DNA from: Vicinamibacterales bacterium | Lineage (GTDB): Bacteria > Acidobacteriota > Vicinamibacteria > Vicinamibacterales > UBA2999 | Direction: 5' to 3' | Length of the DNA stretch: 45,253 bases | Assembly (NCBI GenBank): GCA_039934485.1 | Contig: JBDTMB010000002.1 | Location: forward strand, 1 to 45,253 | Part shown: positions 9,289-16,713 of the stretch, in pieces | How the letters are laid out: every line of letters begins with the position of its first letter | How positions within the stretch are numbered: the first letter of the stretch is position 1 | The notes under the pieces: model-generated | What the model saw: only the letters and a program-made list of their open reading frames with translations | Told to the model about the DNA's origin: nothing | The model's database searches: none | Translations under genes and position numbers: made by a program

Positions 9289-9317
9289 TTAGAGCGGCGC
9301 GCCGGGAGTTTTGTTTC
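9289..9317 (-). promoter_or_regulatory. Candidate ECF-type promoter for the sigma/anti-sigma operon (GAAACAA-N17-TCTAA on the minus strand)
   Basis: Minus strand reads GAAACAA (complement of 9311-9317), then 17 nt, then TCTAA (complement of 9289-9293). This sits 16 nt upstream of the sigma ATG. Mirror image of the plus-strand element. Confidence 0.4.
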
Positions 9318-9321
9318 GCTT

Positions 9322-9350
9322 GAAACAATTTCCTGCCCGGGCCAGTCTAG
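9322..9350 (+). promoter_or_regulatory. Candidate ECF-type promoter for the divergent small membrane protein gene (GAAACAA-N17-TCTAG)
   Basis: GAAACAA at 9322-9328, 17 nt, TCTAG at 9346-9350. Followed by SD GGAG at 9369-9372 and ATG at 9378. Confidence 0.4.
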
Positions 9351-9377
9351 TGCTTCAGTCCAGGGAATGGAGAATTG

Positions 9378-9803
9378 ATGGAGATGGAACAGTTGTTCGG
9401 GATGGTGTTCCTGACGGGAATGATCGCCGGCGTCCTCGTGATCTTCATGGCCATCCGCCAGCGGTCGCAATTCCTCGAGATGCAGCACCGGGAGCGCATG
9501 GCCATGATCGAGAGGGGCATGACGCCAGAGCACGCGGCCGGGCGCGGGCTGGCCCGTAGGGGCGCAGCCGCCCCACGGTTCATGACGCTTGGCATTATTA
9601 CCGTGGCCCTCGGCCTGGGGCTGATGAGCATCATCAGCATCGCGGCGGGCGAGCCGGAAGTCGGGGTTGGCATTGGTGGCGCGATCGTGATTGTCGGGAC
9701 GGCCTTGATCACAAACAGCCTCGTGTCGCGCCACATGGCGCCCGCGTCTCTCGACGCGCTGCCGGCGCCGCCGCCGGTCCCGCCACCCGACCGCCTCGAG
9801 TAA
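9378..9803 (+). CDS. Small membrane protein associated with the ECF sigma locus
   Basis: Two or three hydrophobic helices (FGMVFLTGMIAGVLVIFMAI; TLGIITVALGLGLMSIISIAAG; GIGGAIVIVGTALI). Central RERMAMIERGMTPE motif. Proline-rich tail. ATG 9378 with SD GGAG 5 nt upstream is preferred to TTG 9375. Confidence 0.6.
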   Translation: MEMEQLFGMVFLTGMIAGVLVIFMAIRQRSQFLEMQHRERMAMIERGMTPEHAAGRGLARRGAAAPRFMTLGIITVALGLGLMSIISIAAGEPEVGVGIGGAIVIVGTALITNSLVSRHMAPASLDALPAPPPVPPPDRLE

Positions 9804-9846
9804 GTCCCGCCGCGCCTGGTGCGCGTGTTAGAGTCCCGGACGGGAC

Positions 9847-11031
9847 GTGGCGAACCTTCGCAGCAGCAGCCGGCTGCTCTATGTCGGCGACATTCCGGTG
9901 GAGACCACGCATCACAGTTCGATTCAGCTCTACCGGCTGTTCGAGCACTACCCGCCCGATTGCCTCCAGATCATCGAATCCGGCAAACCGTCGGAGAAGC
10001 AACGCCGCCTGCCGGGTGTCCGCTACGCGTGGTTTCCGCTGGCGCGGCGCCGGTGGCTTCACTCTCGTGTGGACGGCGCCTACTCGGTGTGGTTGGCGCT
10101 GACCGTTGCGGCGCGCGCCGGCGGCGCGCGCAGGTTGATCGGCGACCCTCCTCCCGACGCCATCGTGACGATTGGTTACGGCTACGGTTGGCTGGTCGCC
10201 GCGGAACTGGCGCTGCGGCTCGGCATTCCGTTGCACTTCATCGCGCACGATGACTGGCCGAAGCTGAAGGGCGGGAATCGTTTTTTCAAGGAGTGGCTCC
10301 GGCGTCGATTCGGCGAGGTCTATCGCCGCGCCCACTCCCGGCTGTGCATCTCGCCATTGATGGCGGAGGAGTTTGCGCGCCGGTACGGCGTGGGCGGATC
10401 GGTCCTCTATCCGTGCCGCGCCGACGCGTGTCCGACGTTCGACCCGCAGCCGCCAAGGGCGATCGCGTCTTCCGAGGCGATCGTCGTCGGCTATTGCGGC
10501 GGCAGCGGCCAGGAAGTCATGACGGGCTTGAAGGACCTGGCAGCCGCGCTGTCGGGCGCCAACGCTCGCGTGGTGGTGTTCGGGCCGTTCGACGAGTTCA
10601 AGCGGCGACAACTGTTGGCAATCTCCCCTGCTTTCGAGTTTCGCGGCTTCGTTCCCTACCTCGAGATGATCGCCGGCCTTCGGGCCGCCGACGTGCTGAT
10701 TGTTCCGATGAGCTTCGACGAACTCTTTCGCGACAACATGATCGTCTCGTTCCCCAGCAAACTCGTGGACTACACCGCAGTCGGCGTCCCGCTACTGATC
10801 CAGGGGCCGCCCTACTGCTCGGCGGTGACGTGGGCGAAGCGCAACGAGCCGTTGGCAGAACTCGTTGAGACGCCTGGCCCCGGCAGTCTGGCCGACGCCC
10901 TTCAGAGGCTGAAGGCCGACCCGGTGCGTCGCCGCCGCCTGGCGGAGCGTGCGCTCACCGCCGGCGCCGCCTTTACCCCGGCATCCGCCCGCGAGGGCTT
11001 TGAAGCGGCCCTGCTCAGCCGCGGCCTATGA
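9847..11031 (+). CDS. GT-B fold glycosyltransferase (family 4/1-like)
   Basis: C-terminal half reads VVGYCGGSG...FEFRGFVPYLEMIAGLRAADVLIVPMSF...FPSKLVDYTAVGVPLLIQG, typical of GT1/GT4 C-domains. GTG start. Confidence 0.7.
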   Translation: MANLRSSSRLLYVGDIPVETTHHSSIQLYRLFEHYPPDCLQIIESGKPSEKQRRLPGVRYAWFPLARRRWLHSRVDGAYSVWLALTVAARAGGARRLIGDPPPDAIVTIGYGYGWLVAAELALRLGIPLHFIAHDDWPKLKGGNRFFKEWLRRRFGEVYRRAHSRLCISPLMAEEFARRYGVGGSVLYPCRADACPTFDPQPPRAIASSEAIVVGYCGGSGQEVMTGLKDLAAALSGANARVVVFGPFDEFKRRQLLAISPAFEFRGFVPYLEMIAGLRAADVLIVPMSFDELFRDNMIVSFPSKLVDYTAVGVPLLIQGPPYCSAVTWAKRNEPLAELVETPGPGSLADALQRLKADPVRRRRLAERALTAGAAFTPASAREGFEAALLSRGL

Positions 11032-11041
11032 TGGGAGCGGC

Positions 11042-11101
11042 GTGACGCCACCACTGACGATCGTCTTGACGCTGAAGGACCGCGCGCCGTTCACGTATCG
11101 A
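11042..11101 (+). pseudogene. 5' relic (about 20 codons plus SD) of a paralog of the 146-1276 gene
   Basis: GTG ACG CCA CCA CTG ACG ATC GTC TTG ACG CTG AAG GAC CGC GCG CCG TTC ACG TAT CGA encodes VTPPLTIVLTLKDRAPFTYR. This matches MTPADNLTIVLTIKDRTAFTYR at 146. Similarity stops abruptly after TAY CGA. SD GGGAG at 11033-11037. Confidence 0.7.
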
Positions 11102-11146
11102 ACCGTATATTCTCGAGCGCTGATAGCATGCGCGGTGGCGAATACG

Positions 11147-12049
11147 ATGACGAAAAGCTCGAAGTTGTGGGAAGAGGTGATTCGGCAGCAGTTCGCATCG
11201 GTCGACGATGAGTTTCTGAGCGGTTTTCGTGCACCCGAGGGGGCGCAACGATTCGTTGCGTGGAGCCCCTACGAGCGTTCCTCCCGCTACTTGAAGTTCC
11301 TGTTGTTTGCGATCGCGGACAGACAGACCGCCGAATTTTTCGACGCCTACCGAAAGATAGGGAACTGCGCCGTCGGCAATCCGTTGAGCATCAGGTACTC
11401 GGATTGTGACCTCAATGCGGACTACCTGGCCGCCGTCGAGGAATGGCTGTTTCTCCTCCGCGCCGGCGGCTTGGACGGCGTGGAGCGGGTTGCGGAAATT
11501 GGCGCCGGATTTGGACGCACGTGCCACACGCTGATGCGCCTGGCCAGCTCGATCCGTGAGTACACGATAATCGACCTGGAGCCGATGCTCAATCTCAGCC
11601 GGGCGTACTTGCAGAAGGCCGCGCCCGACCTGGTCGACCGTGTTCGCTTTGTGAGCAGCCTCGACGGACGCACCCAGGACGCAGTGACCGCCGACCTCGT
11701 CATCAACATCGACAGCTTTCAGGAAATGCCGCCGCCAGTCATCGACGACTATATGCGGCGAATCGTGGCCGGGGCGCGCTCGTTCTATTGCAAGAATCCC
11801 GTGGGAAAGTACTTGCCCGGCACGGTCGGCTTGCCGGATCCCGGGCCTCACGAACGCCCGGAGGTATTCGAGCTCGGATACTGTCGCGGCGTGGTCGACA
11901 TCTTTGATGACCACGCATTGCGGGAGGCGCGCATTGCGTATCTGGAGGCGTATCGGCCTTCCGCTGATCGAGGCGTCTACACGGTCGCCGCAGCGAAGCC
12001 GATGGAGATGTTTGCCTACTATCATCATGCGCTCTACGTTCGGCCTTAG
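11147..12049 (+). CDS. Class I SAM-dependent methyltransferase, putative sugar O-methyltransferase-like
   Basis: VAEIGAGFGRTCHTLM (motif I) and ADLVINIDSFQEMPPPVIDDYMRRI. Noticeably lower GC and weaker GC3 bias than its neighbours, by eye. The frame stays open back to the relic GTG at 11042, so a chimeric N-terminus cannot be excluded. Confidence 0.7.
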   Translation: MTKSSKLWEEVIRQQFASVDDEFLSGFRAPEGAQRFVAWSPYERSSRYLKFLLFAIADRQTAEFFDAYRKIGNCAVGNPLSIRYSDCDLNADYLAAVEEWLFLLRAGGLDGVERVAEIGAGFGRTCHTLMRLASSIREYTIIDLEPMLNLSRAYLQKAAPDLVDRVRFVSSLDGRTQDAVTADLVINIDSFQEMPPPVIDDYMRRIVAGARSFYCKNPVGKYLPGTVGLPDPGPHERPEVFELGYCRGVVDIFDDHALREARIAYLEAYRPSADRGVYTVAAAKPMEMFAYYHHALYVRP

Positions 12050-12094
12050 TTACCGGTCGGGGCACTGGTCGGCTCGAGGCGTCTCGCCTCCACG

Positions 12095-13030
12095 GTGATG
12101 GACGACTACGCGCGCCAGTACAGTGGTAAGACCGTGGCCGTGACTGGCAGCAGCGGCTACCTGGGGTCTGCCGTGACTGAATGGCTGCGGACGACTGCCG
12201 CGCGTGTGGTTCCAGTCAGTCGTCCTGACGCCGACGTCCGAACGAAGGACTGCTGGTCCGCCATCGTCGCCAATGCGGATGTCATCTTTCACCTGGCGGG
12301 CAATACCAGTGTTGCTGACGCGGCAAGAGACCCGGACGGCAGTTGGCAATCGACCGTCGTGCCGATTGGTCACCTGGCGGAAGCCGCTCGCGAGGCGGGC
12401 CGACGCCCACGCGTCGTCTTCGCGTCAACCGCCACGGTCTACGGCTTGACTGGCCATCTTCCGGTCGACGAAGACGCTGAAACAAGTCCCATCACGATCT
12501 ACGACCGGCACAAGCTGTCGGCCGAGCAGCGCCTGGCCTCGGCCTCCGCCGACGGCGTGATCGACGGCGTCTCCCTCCGGCTGGCCAACGTCTACGGGCC
12601 GAGTCCGGCCACCAGTTCAGCCGGCGATCGTGGCGTGTTGAATACGGTGACCCGCCTCGCCGTGGCTGGAGACGACGTATGTCTGTTCGGCGACGGCGAC
12701 TACTTGCGAGACTATGTGTATGTGGGTGATGTCGTTCGCGCGTTCGTGATGGCCGGGGCGCAGCCCGGAGCGGGGTCATGCAACGTCGCGAGCGGCACCG
12801 GCACCACCGTGCGCGATGCCTTTCACCTGGCCGTCGAACGAGCCCGGCGCGCGACCGGAAAGCGGAGCGCCATTCGCCACGCCGCCTGGCCCGAGGCGGC
12901 CGATCCCATTGAGCACAGGCAGTTCACCGCCAACATCGAGCGGATGGCCGTCACCTACGGCTGGCGGCCGGCGGTCACCCTGACGGAAGGGATCGACCAA
13001 TTGGTGGCTCATCTGGTGAACCGGTCATGA
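12095..13030 (+). CDS. NAD-dependent epimerase/dehydratase (extended SDR)
   Basis: KTVAVTGSSGYLGSAV (GxxGxxG) and YDRHK (YxxxK). Start is GTG 12095 or ATG 12098. Confidence 0.85.
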   Translation: MMDDYARQYSGKTVAVTGSSGYLGSAVTEWLRTTAARVVPVSRPDADVRTKDCWSAIVANADVIFHLAGNTSVADAARDPDGSWQSTVVPIGHLAEAAREAGRRPRVVFASTATVYGLTGHLPVDEDAETSPITIYDRHKLSAEQRLASASADGVIDGVSLRLANVYGPSPATSSAGDRGVLNTVTRLAVAGDDVCLFGDGDYLRDYVYVGDVVRAFVMAGAQPGAGSCNVASGTGTTVRDAFHLAVERARRATGKRSAIRHAAWPEAADPIEHRQFTANIERMAVTYGWRPAVTLTEGIDQLVAHLVNRS

Positions 13031-13647
13031 CGGCCGGCCCGGTTCGGCTGAATCTTGGATGCGGCGGCCGTCCGCTCGCCGGCTACATCAATGTCGACCG
13101 CGATTCGCTCGAGGCGATTCGCGCCAGGTACCCAGGCCGCACCTTCGATGGCGATCTCGTGGTCGCCACCTACGACATCTTTAATCTGCCGTTTCCCGCC
13201 GATAGCGTGGACGAGGTCAGGGCCGAATCACTGATCGAGCACTTGCCGTTCGTGGACGAGCCCAGGTTTTTCAAGGAAGTCGCGCGGGTCCTGAAACCGG
13301 GCGGGTTGTTGTTCCTGACGACGGTGGACTTCGAGCAGGCCATTCGCCAATGGCTGGACGCGAAGGATGACTGGCAGGATTTCTATCGAACGGATGATGA
13401 GGCGATCTCGAGCCAGCATTGGTTTGGGACGCACTCGTACGGCGTCGAGAATCGGTGGGGCTACCTGACGGCCACGCTCTTTGGCAACCAGAACGGGCCC
13501 GGCCAATTCCACACCAACTGTTACAGCGAAGCGAAGTTGCGCGCCGTTTGCCGCAGAATGCAGCTTGACGTCGAAGCCATCGAGCGCTTCCAGTGGCAAG
13601 GCGATCGGGACCATATGCTGGCGCTCTCGGCGAGGAAACCCCGGTAA
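13027..13647 (+). CDS. Class I SAM-dependent methyltransferase (Methyltransf_11-like)
   Basis: VRLNLGCGGRPLAGYINVD and LKPGGLLFLTTVD. ATGA overlap with the upstream stop. Confidence 0.85.
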   Translation: MTAGPVRLNLGCGGRPLAGYINVDRDSLEAIRARYPGRTFDGDLVVATYDIFNLPFPADSVDEVRAESLIEHLPFVDEPRFFKEVARVLKPGGLLFLTTVDFEQAIRQWLDAKDDWQDFYRTDDEAISSQHWFGTHSYGVENRWGYLTATLFGNQNGPGQFHTNCYSEAKLRAVCRRMQLDVEAIERFQWQGDRDHMLALSARKPR

Positions 13648-13650
13648 CCC

Positions 13651-14607
13651 ATGCGAATCGTCATCACTGGCGCCCTGGGGCACATCGGCTCCCGCTTGAT
13701 CCATGGCCTGCAGCCAGGCGAGTTCGATGAAGTGGCGCTCTTCGACAATCTCTCGACCCAGCGCTATTGTTCCTTGTTCGCGCTGCCCAAGTCGGTCCCT
13801 TTTCGATTCATTGAGGGCGACGTTCGCACTGCCGCTTTCGACACCATCCTGGACGACGCCACGATCGTGGTGCATCTCGCGGCGGTGACCAACGCCGCGC
13901 TCAGCCTGGACGATGAAGCCCGCATGGAATCGGTGAACTTCGAAGGGACCGCGCGCGTGGCGGAAGCCTGTGCCCGGGCCGGGTGCCGGTTGTTCTTGCC
14001 GTCCACCACCAGCGTCTACGGCGTCATGAGCGGGACTGTCGATGAGGATTGCCCGATCACCGGCCTGCAGCCGCAGAACCCCTACGCCGCGACCAAGCTG
14101 AGGGCCGAGCAGATGTTGCAGGCGCTCGCCGTGAGCGACGGCCTCCGCTACGTGGTCGGTCGGTTCGGGACCATCTACGACACCTCGGTGGGCATGCGAT
14201 TTCATACGGCGATCAACAAATTCTGCTGGCAGGCATCGTTGGCCGAGCCGCTCAGCGTCTGGCGCACCGCGATGGATCAGTCGCGGCCGTACCTGGACCT
14301 GGACGATGCGGTCAGGGCGATCCAGTTCATGATCGAGCGGGATCTCTTCGACAATCGGGTCTACAACGTCATTTCCCAGAACGCCACGGTCCGTGAAGTC
14401 GTCGCGCTGATTCGCGAAGTGGTGCCTGGCGTCGAGGTGGAATTGGTGGATTCACCGATCATGAACGACCACTCCTACGCGGTGTCCGCCGAGCGGTTCA
14501 GGCGCCAGGGGTTCGAGTTTCGCGGGGATCTCCGATCCGGAATCCGGCGCACGCTCGCGCTGCTCAGCGGCTTGCGCCAGGGCCAGATGCCGCATGACCG
14601 GCCGTGA
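13651..14607 (+). CDS. NAD-dependent epimerase/dehydratase (extended SDR)
   Basis: MRIVITGALGHIGSRL and YAATK. Confidence 0.88.
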   Translation: MRIVITGALGHIGSRLIHGLQPGEFDEVALFDNLSTQRYCSLFALPKSVPFRFIEGDVRTAAFDTILDDATIVVHLAAVTNAALSLDDEARMESVNFEGTARVAEACARAGCRLFLPSTTSVYGVMSGTVDEDCPITGLQPQNPYAATKLRAEQMLQALAVSDGLRYVVGRFGTIYDTSVGMRFHTAINKFCWQASLAEPLSVWRTAMDQSRPYLDLDDAVRAIQFMIERDLFDNRVYNVISQNATVREVVALIREVVPGVEVELVDSPIMNDHSYAVSAERFRRQGFEFRGDLRSGIRRTLALLSGLRQGQMPHDRP

Positions 14608-15835
14608 CGCCCCGGGATCGTGCCGGGTCTGTGCTGCCGCGATCGCCCCGTTCATGTCGTTCGGGCGCATGCCGATCGCCAACGCATTCCTGAACGCCGA
14701 GCAGATTCCCACGGAGTATTTCTTCGAGCTCGCCCCGGCGTTCTGTCGCGAATGCGGGACGTTCCAGCTCTTTGAGCAGCCGGCGCGGGAACGAATGTTC
14801 CATGACCAGTACGCGTTCTTCTCGAGCACGTCGCTCACGATGCAGGAACATTTCAAGGCGTTCGCGGAGTTCGTCGCCGGCCGCGTCCTGATCGGACGTC
14901 GCGACCCGTTGGTCGTCGAGCTTGGCAGCAACGACGGGATCATGCTCCGGCATTTCAAGGACGCCGGCTACCGTCACCTGGGGATCGAACCATCCGGGAA
15001 CGTCGCCAGCGTGGCCCGTTCGCTCGGGGTCCGGACGATCGGTGAATTCTTCGACGAGGCCCTTGCCGCCCGCGTGCTGGCGCAACACGGCCCCGCGGAC
15101 GCGATCGTCGCGGCCAACGTGATGTGTCACATCCCGGACATCCATGCCGTGGCTGCCGGCATCTCGCGTTTGCTGGCGCCCGACGGCGTGCTGATGTTCG
15201 AAGATCCGTATCTCGGCGAGATGATTGCCAAGACCGCCTACGATCAGATCTACGACGAGCACGTCTTCATGTTCTCGGCCGGGTCAGTGGCGCGCGCCTT
15301 CGCTGAGCACGGGCTCCAACTCATCGACCTCCTGCCGCAAGCCACCCACGGCGGCTCGATGCGCTATGTGCTCGCGCGGCCCGGCGGTCAGCCAGTGGAA
15401 CCGAGCGTGGCCGCCGTGATCGACAGCGAGCGGCGGCAGGGCCTCGGCGACCCCGCCACCTACCAGCAGTTCCGCCGGAACTGCGAAGCCTCGCGCTCGG
15501 CGCTGCGCGATCTGCTCAACACGCTGAAACTCCAGGGCAAGCGCGTGGTCGGCTACGCCGCCACTTCGAAGAGCACGACCGTGACCAACTACTGCGGGAT
15601 CGGACCGCAGGACGTCGAGTTCATCGCCGACACGACGCCGCTCAAGCAAGGAAGACTCACCCCGGGCAGCCACATCCCGGTGCGGCCCCACGAGGACTTC
15701 TGCCAGGCCCCGCCGGACTACGCGCTGCTGTTTGCCTGGAACCATGCGAAGGAGATTTTCGCCAAGGAACAGGCCTTTCGATCCGGTGGCGGCAAGTGGA
15801 TCACCTTCGTTCCCAGCGTCGGGATCATCGACTAA
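14594..15835 (+). CDS. Sugar C-methyltransferase-like SAM methyltransferase (zinc-binding N-domain plus C-methyltransferase C-domain)
   Basis: N-terminal CRVCAAAIAPFMSFGRMPIANAFL...CRECGTFQL (4-Cys). VVELGSNDG (motif I). C-terminal VVGYAATSKSTTVTNYCGI...FIADTTPLKQGRLTPGSHIPV, typical of TylCIII-like enzymes. Confidence 0.75.
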   Translation: MTGRDAPGSCRVCAAAIAPFMSFGRMPIANAFLNAEQIPTEYFFELAPAFCRECGTFQLFEQPARERMFHDQYAFFSSTSLTMQEHFKAFAEFVAGRVLIGRRDPLVVELGSNDGIMLRHFKDAGYRHLGIEPSGNVASVARSLGVRTIGEFFDEALAARVLAQHGPADAIVAANVMCHIPDIHAVAAGISRLLAPDGVLMFEDPYLGEMIAKTAYDQIYDEHVFMFSAGSVARAFAEHGLQLIDLLPQATHGGSMRYVLARPGGQPVEPSVAAVIDSERRQGLGDPATYQQFRRNCEASRSALRDLLNTLKLQGKRVVGYAATSKSTTVTNYCGIGPQDVEFIADTTPLKQGRLTPGSHIPVRPHEDFCQAPPDYALLFAWNHAKEIFAKEQAFRSGGGKWITFVPSVGIID

Positions 15836-15921
15836 ACTTCAATCTTCGGCTCCTCGGAGGTGTGCTCAGTGCATTCTGATCAACTCGTTTGTGACTGAGG
15901 GGGCGAAGCTTTACCCAAAAC

Positions 15922-16713
15922 ATGCGCAGTGCCCTTCGACGCTTCGTCGGCCTCGGCCGGTGGCCTCCCGGTGGCATCGTCCTGCTGTATCACCGCGTCG
16001 CAACGCTCGAGACCGATCCGCATCGCCTGGCCGTGACACCCGCACACTTTGCCGAGCACCTCGAGGTCATCAACGAGCTCGGTGTGCCGATGAGCGTCGA
16101 GAGCATGGTGGAACGGGCGCCGCGTGGCGAGGTGCCGCCCGGCGCCGTGGCGATGACGTTCGACGATGGCTACGCGGACAACCTGCACTGCGCGGCGCCA
16201 CTGCTGGCGCGCGCCCGAGTGCCGGCCACCATCTTCATCTCTACCGGCGCATCCGAGTCCGGAGGCGAGTTCTGGTGGGACGAGCGCGATCGCGGACGGA
16301 CGCCCGGTGCCACACCGCTCGATCCACGGCCGACCCACCTGCCGTTAGGGCGCGACGAGATTGCGGTGCTCGCGCAACAGGAGGGCATCACCATCGGATC
16401 GCACACGCACTCGCATCCGTCGCTGTCGTCCCTTCCGGTCGATGCGCAACGGCGCGAGATTGCGACGGCGCGGCGCCTGCTCGAGTCGAGCGTGGGCTCG
16501 CCCGTGACCAGCTTTGCCTATCCCTTCGGCGGATCGCGCGACGTCTCCGATTGCACCAGGCAAATCGTTCGAGACGAAGGCATCACGATCGCCTGCACCA
16601 CGCGGCCGGATAGCGTGCGCGAGGACGTCGACCCGCTGCGCGTGCCGCGCCTGGTCGTCCGCGACTGGTCGAAGGCGGAATTCCTCGAACGCTGGCGGTC
16701 GTGGACGAGATGA
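15922..16713 (+). CDS. Polysaccharide deacetylase (NodB homology domain)
   Basis: AMTFDDGYADN, VPATIFISTG and GSHTHSHPSL. Confidence 0.88.
   Translation: MRSALRRFVGLGRWPPGGIVLLYHRVATLETDPHRLAVTPAHFAEHLEVINELGVPMSVESMVERAPRGEVPPGAVAMTFDDGYADNLHCAAPLLARARVPATIFISTGASESGGEFWWDERDRGRTPGATPLDPRPTHLPLGRDEIAVLAQQEGITIGSHTHSHPSLSSLPVDAQRREIATARRLLESSVGSPVTSFAYPFGGSRDVSDCTRQIVRDEGITIACTTRPDSVREDVDPLRVPRLVVRDWSKAEFLERWRSWTR

Noticed and set aside
12076-12090. Short hairpins: GAGGCG-tct-CGCCTC at 12076-12090, GTCCCG-ga-CGGGAC at 9833-9846 and a GC-rich inverted repeat at about 39097-39120, considered as possible terminators.
   Set aside because: The stems are only 5-6 bp, the loops are tiny and no T-tract follows. 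Such hairpins are common by chance in GC-rich DNA. Only the structure at 36143-36180 meets intrinsic-terminator criteria.
13633-13661. GGAAACC-N17-TCGTC, an ECF-promoter-like string. Also GAAACAA at 12479-12485.
   Set aside because: The first spans the ATG of gene 13651, so any start site would lie inside the coding sequence. The second is intragenic and lacks a TCTA or CGTC box at the right spacing. Both are probably chance matches.
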